A stretch of 64,000 nt of DNA from a virus, in IMG/VR virus record IMGVR_UViG_3300045963_000147, positions 4,750 to 68,749 of that record, one strand, 5' to 3'. Each line of letters starts with the position of its first letter. The stretch's first letter is position 1. This document shows, piece after piece, positions 9,462 through 18,571 of the stretch. The notes under the pieces were generated by a model. The model searched no databases and was not told the DNA's origin. It worked only from the letters and a program-made list of their open reading frames with translations. Made by a program: the position numbers and the translations under genes.

Positions 9462-9730
9462 GGCCAGTCACCTTCAGCGCAAATCGCCTCGATGCAGTCT
9501 TCGGCACCACATGCCTCGCTGTCCACAAACGCTTGCTCAAGTTCATCGGCGTTCTTTGGCTTGCCTTGGTGGTGTGCCTGCACTTTTCGGCACCACTCCA
9601 AGCACCGATCGCGCTCTTCCTCCACGCGGGCAGCGGCGTAGGCTCTGACCTGTGACTCGGTATAGACGCGCTCTGCCTTGACCAGTCCAAGGCGCACTGA
9701 TAGGTATAGGGGCTCTGGCAGCGGGATCAT
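9458..9730 (-). CDS. Hypothetical protein (MIPLP...EERDRC family)
   Basis: Paralogous to 9258..9461; 4-nt overlaps. Confidence 0.65.
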   Translation of the reverse strand: MIPLPEPLYLSVRLGLVKAERVYTESQVRAYAAARVEEERDRCLEWCRKVQAHHQGKPKNADELEQAFVDSEACGAEDCIEAICAEGDWP

Positions 9731-9945
9731 TTCCCACCCCCTGTAGCCCGTTCGATTTCCTCACGCACGATGCGGCGCACAGCATCTTCTGTCAGGCCGA
9801 AGTTGTACGGTTGGGGGCGTGGTTGGAATGGCTGCGAAGGAACCGGCCATTCTCTGCGCGGAAGATAGCCGCACTTGCACATCGGCCCGACATAGCCCGA
9901 GACGCCATCGAACTGCGGAAGGTTGCAGCGGTTGCAGTGATTCAT
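9727..9945 (-). CDS. Small Cys-rich hypothetical protein
   Basis: CNRC...CKC; ATGA coupling. Confidence 0.6.
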   Translation of the reverse strand: MNHCNRCNLPQFDGVSGYVGPMCKCGYLPRREWPVPSQPFQPRPQPYNFGLTEDAVRRIVREEIERATGGGK

Positions 9946-10592
9946 TTCTCACCCCCAATCTGCGCCGCAGCGCCAATTCCGTGGGCGGCTTCGACGGCAC
10001 GGGCGAACTCCACAAACCAAGAGTCCTCATCCTTCCGGTCGAACGGCGTGCGCCACAACTTCACAATCTCCTGCTTTGTCAGCGGCTGCGCCACCCGCTG
10101 CGGGGCGGTGATGGTTGGCGCGCTGAGGGCCTTAACGAGAATCTTTTGGCCCATCAGCATCGTGAATGGCAGAGCCTCGCGGATGGCGATTCGCAGGCGT
10201 TCAGAATCATCGGGCTGCGCTACCCGCTGCGGGGCTGCGAGATAGACGGGCACTGAGCGATCCGGGCCGGCTCCATTCCAATGGCGCGGCGAGAATTCAC
10301 GGTGCAGGCCAAACGCCGAGTGGTATTCGTAGACGTAGCAATAGGGCTCACCCTGCGGCTGGGTGGGCTGCGCCAGGACGGCGCGGAGGGCATTCTGTGC
10401 CGCCTCGATTTTCTGAACAGCGCGAACATCGTCCCAGTACCCGATTACTTTGTCGGCTGCGGATAACCAATCGCGCTCAAGATCATGGCGTTTTGGATGG
10501 CAGCGAATGTGTTGCAGTAGCTTAAGTGCTTCGTGTGCTGGGTGCAGCGCTTCCAGTGCCGCCATGCAGGCGGCTCGCTCGTGGTCAGTCAT
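9942..10592 (-). CDS. Mosaic hypothetical protein
   Basis: MTDHERAACMAALEAL...VEAAHGIG; paralog of the next gene. Confidence 0.7.
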   Translation of the reverse strand: MTDHERAACMAALEALHPAHEALKLLQHIRCHPKRHDLERDWLSAADKVIGYWDDVRAVQKIEAAQNALRAVLAQPTQPQGEPYCYVYEYHSAFGLHREFSPRHWNGAGPDRSVPVYLAAPQRVAQPDDSERLRIAIREALPFTMLMGQKILVKALSAPTITAPQRVAQPLTKQEIVKLWRTPFDRKDEDSWFVEFARAVEAAHGIGAAAQIGGEK

Positions 10593-11178
10593 GCTCGCCT
10601 CCAATTCCGTGGGCGGCTTCTGCTGCTTCAACGCCAGCTTCAAACCAGTCAAATGAGTGCCAAGTGTGGCCTTTCCTGTATGCGATACGCCACGCTGCGT
10701 CAGTCTGTTCCAACGTCAGTGGAGTCAGCGGCTGCACTGCCGGCCCATCCTGCGGCTGGGTGGGCCGATACTCCACTTCTTCCGGCCCATCGCCCAAGCG
10801 TATCCACACGCGGCCGGCAACGCCTTCAGCCGATGCGCCGCCGGAATAGCGGCTCACGACAGGCCACGGCACAGTGTCGGGCTGCGCCGGCTCAGTAGCG
10901 ACGCCAAGCGACATCGACCCGATGACCTTGTCAGCGAGTTCACGCATCGCATAATTGATGGCAACCGTTTCCCGAACGCCGCTGATCCGCTGTGCGTTTT
11001 CGATCATGCGCCAGATCAGCTTGTCGCTGGGCGCAAGCATCACGGTGGTGGGCTGCGCCAGGACGGCGCGAAGGCCAAGAATCGCAGCCTCCGTGCGTTG
11101 TATAGGCCGCGTCTGCTGAGTGTGATATTCCAGCGCTTCCAGTGCCGCCTGTGCGGCTGCTCGTTCTTGGGTGTTCAC
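10585..11178 (-). CDS. Mosaic hypothetical protein
   Basis: MNTQERAAAQAALEAL...AEAAHGIG. Confidence 0.7.
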   Translation of the reverse strand: MNTQERAAAQAALEALEYHTQQTRPIQRTEAAILGLRAVLAQPTTVMLAPSDKLIWRMIENAQRISGVRETVAINYAMRELADKVIGSMSLGVATEPAQPDTVPWPVVSRYSGGASAEGVAGRVWIRLGDGPEEVEYRPTQPQDGPAVQPLTPLTLEQTDAAWRIAYRKGHTWHSFDWFEAGVEAAEAAHGIGGEHD

Positions 11179-11369
11179 TTCGGCTCCTTGTCCAGCGAGG
11201 TGTCGCGAAATAGCCGGTAGAAGCTCATGTTGTTCTTCGAGGCGCAGAGCACCATGAAGTCGAAGTCTTCTTTGCGGCGTCGAGCGAGGTCGGCTTTCTC
11301 AGCGGCGGTCGGCTCGCCTTTGATGGCCTTGGCCCAGGCGTTGTTGAGGCCGGTGGCGGTGTGGGTCAC
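11175..11369 (-). CDS. Hypothetical protein
   Basis: GTG start VTHTATGLNNAWAK..., coupled to neighbours. Confidence 0.5.
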   Translation of the reverse strand: MTHTATGLNNAWAKAIKGEPTAAEKADLARRRKEDFDFMVLCASKNNMSFYRLFRDTSLDKEPK

Positions 11370-11472
11370 AGCAGCTCGGCGTCGGTCAGCAGGTTCGGGT
11401 TCAGGTGCTGCTTGGCCTCGTAGACGTACATGGCCATCACCATGGCCATCAGGAAACTGTGAGAGAGGTGGG

Positions 11473-11814
11473 TCATGCTTGTGCTCCTGTGCTGAGCCCC
11501 TGGATCGCGGCGGCGTTGTGCTTGGCGCGCACCCGTGCCCAGCGCTGGCTGGACGTCTGGGGCAGTGGGCGCTTCTTGTCCTGCTTGTCGCCGGCCGCAT
11601 ACATGGGTATGGACCAGCGGCCCATGGCGTCTTGTGCCCAGCCGCAGATGTGGGCCATCTTGCGCCGGCGCATCACCAGGATGAGCTTGCGCACGGTGTT
11701 GAAGTGCAGCCCCGTCTCTTCGACGAGGTCAGGTACGGTGCCGCCTTCCGCGGCCATCAGCTCGAAGAACGTGACGACAGCGGCGGCGTGGGCGAGGTGG
11801 CGGTTGAGGCCCAT
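11473..11814 (-). CDS. Winged-helix/HTH DNA-binding protein
   Basis: GTVPDLVEETGLHFNTVRKLI helix-turn-helix pattern followed by a HICGW wing. Confidence 0.65.
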   Translation of the reverse strand: MGLNRHLAHAAAVVTFFELMAAEGGTVPDLVEETGLHFNTVRKLILVMRRRKMAHICGWAQDAMGRWSIPMYAAGDKQDKKRPLPQTSSQRWARVRAKHNAAAIQGLSTGAQA

Positions 11815-12632
11815 CAGGGTGTGGCTTTCTTTGTGGGCTTGGTGCGTTTGGCTTTGGTCAGCGGGTACATGTCCTCGCTGACAGACTTGATCGTCATCAA
11901 CTTCTTGCTGCGCATGAAGTAATGCACCGCGTTCTGGCACTTGAGGAACGTATCCCGCCACAGGGCGGTGCTTGAGGCCACGGCGCCTTTGGTCAGCAGG
12001 TAGTTGCGCAGCGTGATGGCGGCGGTCTCGTCCTGGCCCTCATAGAACCCGGTGCCCAGCACGTCGCAGAAGCGTTGTAGCCGGGCGTGGTCGGTCTCGT
12101 GGACATAGGCCCGACCAACAGCACCCATGACGACAGCGCCGCACAAGAGCTGGCGACGGCGTACAGCACTGGCGGCGAAGCTCGCAGCTTCACGGTGTCG
12201 ATTGACGACCTCTAGAGTTTCGCTGTTTGAGACTGTGCGGTTGAGGGCTATCGTGCCGAATTCGATGGCCTTTGCGGCTGCGATCAGCGTGAACGACAGC
12301 CCGGTGTCGGTACCGCTGATACGTGCGTTGTCCACCACGCTGCGGCCCAGGCCTGTGTTGAGGTTCAGGCCGTCGATGCGCAAGAGTCCTCGTGCCACGG
12401 GGAAGGTCTGAATGGTGTTGCTGTCGACGATGGCCCACAGCCGGTGCTGGCCGTCGGCCAAGTCGCCATCCACGTAGAAGCTGATGGGCTCGGGGCACAC
12501 GGTCCACCGTCCGCTGCGCATGTCGTCAGCGTATTTCTCGGCGACGCCATCGCGCATCTTGCGGTTGCTCTTGTTGGCGTTGAGCCAAGCTTCTGCGATC
12601 GTTGGTGTGATGGTCTCGACGATGATGTTCAT
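11814..12632 (-). CDS. ParB/Srx-like DGQHR-domain protein
   Basis: ITPTIAEAWL..N..NR, YADDMRSGRW, LADGQHRLWAI. Confidence 0.8.
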   Translation of the reverse strand: MNIIVETITPTIAEAWLNANKSNRKMRDGVAEKYADDMRSGRWTVCPEPISFYVDGDLADGQHRLWAIVDSNTIQTFPVARGLLRIDGLNLNTGLGRSVVDNARISGTDTGLSFTLIAAAKAIEFGTIALNRTVSNSETLEVVNRHREAASFAASAVRRRQLLCGAVVMGAVGRAYVHETDHARLQRFCDVLGTGFYEGQDETAAITLRNYLLTKGAVASSTALWRDTFLKCQNAVHYFMRSKKLMTIKSVSEDMYPLTKAKRTKPTKKATP

Positions 12633-15040
12633 GGCTTCGCTTTCATGGGCTTGGCGGGCACTTTCGCTGCCGGCTTGGGCGGGGCAGGGAAGTGGGTGGT
12701 GGCATAGGTGCCGAAGTCCTTGACGTCCTTGAACGTCGTCTTGATGCCGTAAACGGCCTTGGCGTCGACCCACACCCGTGAGGTGCGGATGCGGTGGTGC
12801 TTCAACAAGGACGTGAACTTGTTCGGGCTCTCGGGCATGTTGCCCACCACGTACTCAAAGATCACGTGCAGCTCGTCGCGACTGATCGTGCAGTCGCCGC
12901 TCTTGAGGTCTGTGCGCACCATGATCGTCTGCACGGCGTGCTTGTAGTCGGCGATCTTGTTGGCCTTGTTCGCGTTGCCGCTGTAGGCCATGGTGGCAGG
13001 GAGCTGGTCGAGCAGGAACTCCATGTCACCGCCCAGCACTGCGTCGGCGACGGTGTCGACGCTTGACTGGGACACGGCGATCATGGCCGTGCGGTCTTCG
13101 TTGTCCAGAGGCGTGGCGACAGCCTGCTTGTCCACTGGGTAGGAGAGCAGGAAGTCGTGGAAGCTCTGCATCTCGGTGGCGACGAGGTCGAGCTGCTTGT
13201 CCGTCATGCCCAGCTTGTTGGGCTGGTACTTGCCCACGTTGAAGCGGCGGTCACCTGTCGGTATGACGACAGGCTCCGCGCGGTTGGAGGCAAATATCCA
13301 GTTGGTGAAGTTCTCCCACTCCACGGCGTTGGAGTACATCTGACGAATCTGGATGTCGGGCTCGACGATGAAGTTGCGCAGCTTGGCCATCACGCCTTTC
13401 TCGTTCGTGAAGGCCTTGGCCTCGACCTCGTCCACGAACACGATGAAGCACTGCTTCATGAAGGCGTTGTAGGGCTCGTTGAACTCTTCCATGCGGCGCA
13501 TGGTGGTCTGGTTGCGGCCGAACAATGGGCGCAGGATGCGGTTCATCAGCACGCCCTTGCCTGTACCCTCGGTCCCGTGCAGCACCCAGGCCGTGAGCGT
13601 GCGTGTGCGCTCTTGCAGGATGAAGGCCAGCCAGTTGAGGAAGTGGGTGGTGCAGTCCACGTCAGAGCCGAGGACGTGGTGGATGATCTTGAAGATCGTT
13701 GTCGGGCAGCGCACGACCTTCTTGGCTGGTGTGCGCATGTACTCGGTGAGCTGGAACGTGTTGATCGTCTTGTTGTCGAAGTCCACGCGCACAGAGTCAT
13801 GTGGGTCGAATGTCATGTCCCACTCGGCGATGTAGGAGCCAAGCGGCACGCCGTACTGCTCAGCGAAGTGCCTGATCTGTGTCTCGTTCTTGGCCGGGTT
13901 GAGGTCAAGGGTGTCGGTCGAGGCCTCGTAGGTGCCACGGTAATAGGCCCCAGAGCGACGATCGAGGAAGGCGAGGTAGGTGAGGCCCTGGCTCGTGGTG
14001 CGCGAGGCTTTGGAGGTCAGCGTGGCCCAGTAGGCAGGCAGCAGCTCCTTGGTCAGGTAGACCGGCTCACCCTTGAAGTTGTGGATGTAGTCCGGGTTGT
14101 CCTCGGGGTGGTAGTAGGCCCAGGAGTCACCGCCGTTCAGGTTGAAGTACACGAAGCCACGTTCGGTGCGCGTCTCGGTGACCTCGCACGCATCGGGCTT
14201 GGGCAGAATCTCGTGGGTGCCCGACATCTTGGTGACGAGCTTGCGTGCAGGTAGGCCAGCGAGATTGCGCAGATCAGCGATGACCTTGTCGGTCAGCGTC
14301 TTGTTGACAGCCACGGTGTTGGTGGCGCTGGGGAATGAGAACGTCTCGTCGGTCTTCTTCACGTACGAGATGCGCGCAGCACGACCCAGCGGGTACTTGA
14401 TGCCCTTGAGGATGGGCGGCGCGATGTAGATCAGCTTGTCGTTCTGGCACGCGGTCACGTCGAGGGGCCAGGACAGAGCGTTGCCCGTCTTGGTGAGCTT
14501 GAGGGACTCGGCCAGGAGGGGCGTGGTGTGGTTGAGCTGGATCAGCCACTGCTTGATGACGGGCGCTGCGATCGGGGCAGTCAATCGGATGAAGATATGG
14601 CAGCGCAGATAGCCAGGGGCACCGATGTTGTGGGACGCAGACCACTGAAGCACGTACGAGCAGTTCCCCATCCCGATTGCGTCGAGGATCGTGTCAGGCG
14701 TCACCTTCACAGGTGTCGGTGGCGTGGTGCCGGTGTCGAGGTACGTGTCGGGCAAGCCGTCGATGTCGAGGCAGAGCCAGTCGGTCACGTCTGCGGTGTT
14801 CGTGGAGCCGGCACGGGATTCGTTGACCAACTTGCGGTGGATCAGGCCCTTGACCAGACAGTCGCCAGCGGCTGCGTGGGCGTCCAGCTTGAGAGCCAGC
14901 TCGGACGTCGTGTTGATGACCTTTTCGACGCTCGTGACGTTGTACACGTTGGGGTACGGCGTCTTCTCGATGGACCCGTCAGGGGCTCGGGAATAGGTCT
15001 TGGTGAGGGGCTGAGACGTTTGCAAAAAGAAAACACGCAT
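12629..15040 (-). CDS. Primase-helicase (AEP-like N-terminus + SF3/DUF5906-like helicase)
   Basis: LCLDIDG and SASH...RCHIF primase motifs; LHGTEGTGKG Walker A, VFVDEV Walker B, IFASN, GDRRF. Confidence 0.88.
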   Translation of the reverse strand: MRVFFLQTSQPLTKTYSRAPDGSIEKTPYPNVYNVTSVEKVINTTSELALKLDAHAAAGDCLVKGLIHRKLVNESRAGSTNTADVTDWLCLDIDGLPDTYLDTGTTPPTPVKVTPDTILDAIGMGNCSYVLQWSASHNIGAPGYLRCHIFIRLTAPIAAPVIKQWLIQLNHTTPLLAESLKLTKTGNALSWPLDVTACQNDKLIYIAPPILKGIKYPLGRAARISYVKKTDETFSFPSATNTVAVNKTLTDKVIADLRNLAGLPARKLVTKMSGTHEILPKPDACEVTETRTERGFVYFNLNGGDSWAYYHPEDNPDYIHNFKGEPVYLTKELLPAYWATLTSKASRTTSQGLTYLAFLDRRSGAYYRGTYEASTDTLDLNPAKNETQIRHFAEQYGVPLGSYIAEWDMTFDPHDSVRVDFDNKTINTFQLTEYMRTPAKKVVRCPTTIFKIIHHVLGSDVDCTTHFLNWLAFILQERTRTLTAWVLHGTEGTGKGVLMNRILRPLFGRNQTTMRRMEEFNEPYNAFMKQCFIVFVDEVEAKAFTNEKGVMAKLRNFIVEPDIQIRQMYSNAVEWENFTNWIFASNRAEPVVIPTGDRRFNVGKYQPNKLGMTDKQLDLVATEMQSFHDFLLSYPVDKQAVATPLDNEDRTAMIAVSQSSVDTVADAVLGGDMEFLLDQLPATMAYSGNANKANKIADYKHAVQTIMVRTDLKSGDCTISRDELHVIFEYVVGNMPESPNKFTSLLKHHRIRTSRVWVDAKAVYGIKTTFKDVKDFGTYATTHFPAPPKPAAKVPAKPMKAKP

Positions 15041-15098
15041 TTTTGGTCCGCAGCAGGGGTGGGTGGGCAGTGTAGCTCTATCTTAGACGTGCGACAAT

Positions 15099-15235
15099 GG
15101 CAGGGGTTCGGAAGGCTCTTTTTCATAGGTATTCCTTCTATTCTTCCATTCTTCCAATCTTTTCTTTTAGAAAGTAAAAGAAGAAGAGAAGAAGAGGAGT
15201 AAGAAAGAGAGAGAGTGTTTCCTATAGAAAAGGTT
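15099..15235. repeat. Copy A of a long-range inverted repeat (candidate replication origin)
   Basis: First 36 nt are 35/36 identical to the reverse complement of 57882-57917; three TTCTTC(C/T)A-type octamers; purine tract; TTCCT(A/G)TAGAAAAGGTT end box. Confidence 0.85.
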
Positions 15236-15307
15236 GGCGCCGGCCAGCGGAAGCGGCCAGTCATATAGATGACTTGATCCCCATGCCTTTCGCTGCGTGA
15301 AGGACAA

Positions 15308-15335
15308 AAGGACACCGCCTTGCGGCGATGTCCTT
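15308..15335 (-). terminator. Probable intrinsic terminator after 15342..16442
   Basis: Minus strand AAGGACATCGCC-GCAA-GGCGGTGTCCTT then TTG. Confidence 0.7.
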
Positions 15336-15341
15336 GCCCGA

Positions 15342-16442
15342 TCAGGGCATGTCGTTGGGCTGTTCCGCCAGGGACAGTTCAGCCTTCAGGTTCTCCTGCT
15401 TCACCACCCGGGCTTTGGGCTTGGCCTTGCTTGCCTTGGCGTCGAGCTTGGCCTCCTTCTCCACCGACTCACCGACTTGCGCTACGAACTTGCCCACCGG
15501 CGAGTTGTCCTTGCGCAGCGACGGCACAGGCTTGCCGGTGGGTTCGATCTTCGGCACCAGCTTGTCACCGATGTTCGCGTAGCGGTGGTGCGTCGTGGCC
15601 AGATGGCAGGCTTCGACGAAGGCGACGTGCAGGCGCAGCGTGGCATCGAATTCGAACGCACTGCGCGCACGCTTCATGATGCTGGCGCGGAACTTGGCCA
15701 GACGTTCCGGCGTCGCGTAGCTGTTGAGCAGCGACAGTTGCGTTTGCACGTCGAGCTTGTCGAACTCGATAGCATCGCCACGGTCGGCCAAGTCGATGAT
15801 GTTCATCACCGAGCTGACGTGCTTGCCCCAGGCTGCGTGCTGACCGGACAGTTCACGCACGTTGAGCACGTCGTACTCCTGGCGCGTCATCAGCGGCTTG
15901 TTGCCGGTTTCGCTGAGGTAGCACACCCACAGGTGGTCCAATTTCCAGTGATCCACCGGCGCAGGCTTGGCGACAGCGTCCAGCGTGGACAGCCAGTTGG
16001 TGACAGGCGCCTTGGATTCACCCATCAGGCTGACGAGGTAGTCGTCGCACGTGCGCTTGTAATGCAGCAACTTGCTCAGGTCATCGCACATCGAGCGCCG
16101 CGTGCCGCCGGCTTCTTCGAAGGATTGGGCGGCAGCTTCGAGGGAGTCGAGGTGCGACATTGCGTCGTTGTACGTGTCGATCGAGCCGATGCCGTCGCGC
16201 TTGTTGGCCCACGAGTCGGCTTTGCCGTACGGTTCGTCGCAGTTGCGCAGGTCGGATGCGAAGCCGTTGGCAACCATGCCGGCCAGCCGTCCGATGCGGA
16301 ACGCCAGACCGCCGGTGACGCTGAACATCACGGCGACGCCGGCTTCGGCCGGCAGGAACTTCTTGATCAGGTCGAGAAGGTCGGGGTGGGGGATGATGAT
16401 GGATTTGGTCATGTCGCCGGTTTTCACTTGATGGGTAGCCAT
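15342..16442 (-). CDS. Hypothetical early protein
   Basis: 366-aa ORF with phage-like codon usage; no recognised motif. Confidence 0.8.
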   Translation of the reverse strand: MATHQVKTGDMTKSIIIPHPDLLDLIKKFLPAEAGVAVMFSVTGGLAFRIGRLAGMVANGFASDLRNCDEPYGKADSWANKRDGIGSIDTYNDAMSHLDSLEAAAQSFEEAGGTRRSMCDDLSKLLHYKRTCDDYLVSLMGESKAPVTNWLSTLDAVAKPAPVDHWKLDHLWVCYLSETGNKPLMTRQEYDVLNVRELSGQHAAWGKHVSSVMNIIDLADRGDAIEFDKLDVQTQLSLLNSYATPERLAKFRASIMKRARSAFEFDATLRLHVAFVEACHLATTHHRYANIGDKLVPKIEPTGKPVPSLRKDNSPVGKFVAQVGESVEKEAKLDAKASKAKPKARVVKQENLKAELSLAEQPNDMP

Positions 16443-16675
16443 GGTTTGCTTTCGAGAGAGTTGAGGTTTGAGACGATGTGCTGGTTACGGTGTCCAGCAT
16501 GCAGTGGGTGCATCGCTTGACGGTCTGAGCTGATTCCCAAGATCAACTCGTGAGCGTTGCGTAGCTCACAGCCCCTGTGCTTCGCGCTGCGGGTAAACGT
16601 CCTGGGTTCATTTATCACTCGCTCAGGCGTGCGAGTTGTCAGAGCGCTGGAGTTGGATGTCCAGCGCTTACTGAT

Positions 16676-16891
16676 TCAGATGCGACTCAAGATGATCTTG
16701 GTCGCTTCGGCCTCGGTGCAGTTCAGCAGCTCGGCGAGGTGTTCGACTTTCTTGTCGAACATCACGTCAGGCGAGTCCGCGGCTTCGTAGATTTCAAACG
16801 CCTTCTGGTCGGCGAGTGACAGATGGCTGAAGGGGACGACGCTGATGGCAACGGGTTGGCGCTTCACGCGCAGGGCGGCGAGTCTGGACAT
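16676..16891 (-). CDS. Small early protein (follows element copy 1)
   Basis: AGGAG RBS; MSRLAALRVK... 71 aa. Confidence 0.7.
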   Translation of the reverse strand: MSRLAALRVKRQPVAISVVPFSHLSLADQKAFEIYEAADSPDVMFDKKVEHLAELLNCTEAEATKIILSRI

Positions 16892-16901
16892 GGAATCTCC
16901 T

Positions 16902-16955
16902 AAGCAGCACACGCTGCACAAAGCCAAAAAGAAAGGCCCGCGCAAGCGGGCCTAT
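16902..16955 (-). promoter_or_regulatory. Double-hairpin early element, copy 1
   Basis: GCAGC-acac-GCTGC, CAC, 14 nt, AGGCCCGC-GCAA-GCGGGCCT; 44 bp identical to 17272-17315. Confidence 0.8.
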
Positions 16956-16956
16956 T

Positions 16957-17250
16957 TCAATAGCCGCGACTGGCGTAGTCCCAGCCCAGGCGTCGTACCT
17001 TGTCCATGTGCAAGTTGTCGTTGCACGTGTAGCGACGATCAGCGTTGTGGCTGCGCGCAAGCTCGATCAATTGAGCGTGCGTGCGGAAACGCCAACCGAG
17101 TGAACTCCAGCCGTTGATCGTGGATTCGCTGGGGCAACCCCACGGCGTTGACAGTTCGACGATTGAGCCATCCGTCATTTCGGCGAGGACTTTGTAGTCG
17201 ACGCATATCAGCACGTTGCTGACGATGGTTGGTTGATTGGTGTAGGTCAT
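16957..17250 (-). CDS. Small early protein (follows element copy 2)
   Basis: 97 aa; fills the gap between element copies 1 and 2. Confidence 0.7.
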   Translation of the reverse strand: MTYTNQPTIVSNVLICVDYKVLAEMTDGSIVELSTPWGCPSESTINGWSSLGWRFRTHAQLIELARSHNADRRYTCNDNLHMDKVRRLGWDYASRGY

Positions 17251-17260
17251 AAGCTTCCAA

Positions 17261-17315
17261 GCAGCGACGACCGCTGCACAAAGCCAAAAAGAAAGGCCCG
17301 CGCAAGCGGGCCTAT
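17261..17315 (-). promoter_or_regulatory. Double-hairpin early element, copy 2
   Basis: GCAGCG-acgac-CGCTGC, CAC, 14 nt, AGGCCCGC-GCAA-GCGGGCCT. Confidence 0.8.
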
Positions 17316-17455
17316 CAGACGGTGCGCACAGGTCTACATCAATGTGCAGACCTGTGCGTACACAGGAGGGAGTGCTGCACGCTCCCCTACGGATACCAAC
17401 CCGCTTGATCGGTCTGTTGAGTCATCGCATTTGTGTTCTCCGGTAGCCCTGGTGT

Positions 17456-17719
17456 TCACGAGCCGTTGAGCGAGCCGGTCAGCGACTGGGCCTGATCGAC
17501 CGCCTTGTTCATGGCCTCGTTCAACTCCAGGATGGCGTTGAGTGCTTCGTGCTTGTTGGCGCAGTTGAAGTGCGCCTTCATCGCTTCCCAATAGAGGTCC
17601 AGGATCGACGCGCCGAGCGCGCTGCGGATGTGGATTGGGTCATCGCCCTTGTGCAGGCCGTTGGCATACAGCAGGTTGAGGGCGGTGACTTCGTCCAGGT
17701 CGGGGCGATGGATGCTCAT
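17456..17719 (-). CDS. Hypothetical protein
   Basis: MSIHRPDLDEV..., ATGA-coupled. Confidence 0.7.
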   Translation of the reverse strand: MSIHRPDLDEVTALNLLYANGLHKGDDPIHIRSALGASILDLYWEAMKAHFNCANKHEALNAILELNEAMNKAVDQAQSLTGSLNGS

Positions 17720-18030
17720 AACAGTAACTCCTCGGTTGCGTAACCAACAATTCCACGTCTTGTTCTCACGTCGTCGACGATCGTGCCGTATATCACCTTG
17801 GCTATTTCGACGGTGATCATTGATACCACGAACGCGCCTGTCGCGCTCATGGTGCCGGTTACAGTTCCCCAGTGGATCCAGAGATTGAGCATTAACATAA
17901 ATACGTGGACAGTAATACATCCACCCTTATTCCCCAGCAGCCGCAGCCTATATCTTGGCGGCACCATGCTGAGTATCACGAATTCAAACACGCTGAGCAG
18001 CGCGCCGAATATCAATACTGCTTCGACCAT
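17716..18030 (-). CDS. Multi-pass membrane protein
   Basis: GAGGAG RBS; MVEAVLIFGALLSVFEFVILSM...LRLLG...IHWGTVTGTMSA, three hydrophobic segments; AT-rich. Confidence 0.75.
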   Translation of the reverse strand: MVEAVLIFGALLSVFEFVILSMVPPRYRLRLLGNKGGCITVHVFMLMLNLWIHWGTVTGTMSATGAFVVSMITVEIAKVIYGTIVDDVRTRRGIVGYATEELLL

Positions 18031-18222
18031 AATTAAATTCTCCTCGTCCCCCGTGCAGGGTACTGAGTTATTCGTGTGATGGTTGAGTTTCGCCAATCAT
18101 CACGCCTCGTTTGGTTTGGCTTCGCCAAACCTCACGACCCATGAGGTGCCCCATGCAGCCTCCGGGTTTGACGTCGCGCAGCGACGAGCCGGGCCGGGCT
18201 TTCGCCCAACCCCGGCCCGCCG

Positions 18223-18489
18223 TCACACCGCCTTCGCCGCCTTGCGCGACGGCGCTGCGCCGATGGGCGCCGCGCGTTGCGCCTTCAGCGCCTGGGCCTC
18301 GGCCTTCAGCGCACGGCGCTGATCGACGGGCAGCGCGAGGTACGCGCTCTTCTCGTCGTAGCCCTCTTCGATGCCGGTGACGACGTTGCCGCCGAATTCA
18401 CCCAGCCCCTCGAACCCTGCCACAACGCCGTGCGCGGTCAGCGCGCCGACCGTGCCAATGGCGCGGCCAAGTTTGATACCGATGGACAT
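18223..18489 (-). CDS. Small early protein (follows element copy 3)
   Basis: GGAG RBS; MSIGIKLGRAIG... 88 aa. Confidence 0.7.
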   Translation of the reverse strand: MSIGIKLGRAIGTVGALTAHGVVAGFEGLGEFGGNVVTGIEEGYDEKSAYLALPVDQRRALKAEAQALKAQRAAPIGAAPSRKAAKAV

Positions 18490-18505
18490 TTCGCTCTCCA
18501 GTAGT

Positions 18506-18563
18506 GACCGACGACATGCCGGTCTGCACAAAGACGAGAAGAAAGGACCGCGCAAGCGGTCCT
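18506..18563 (-). promoter_or_regulatory. Double-hairpin early element, copy 3
   Basis: GACCG-N9-CGGTC, CAC, 14 nt, AGGACCGC-GCAA-GCGGTCCT (compensatory change relative to copies 1 and 2). Confidence 0.8.
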
Positions 18564-18571
18564 CACCTAGC

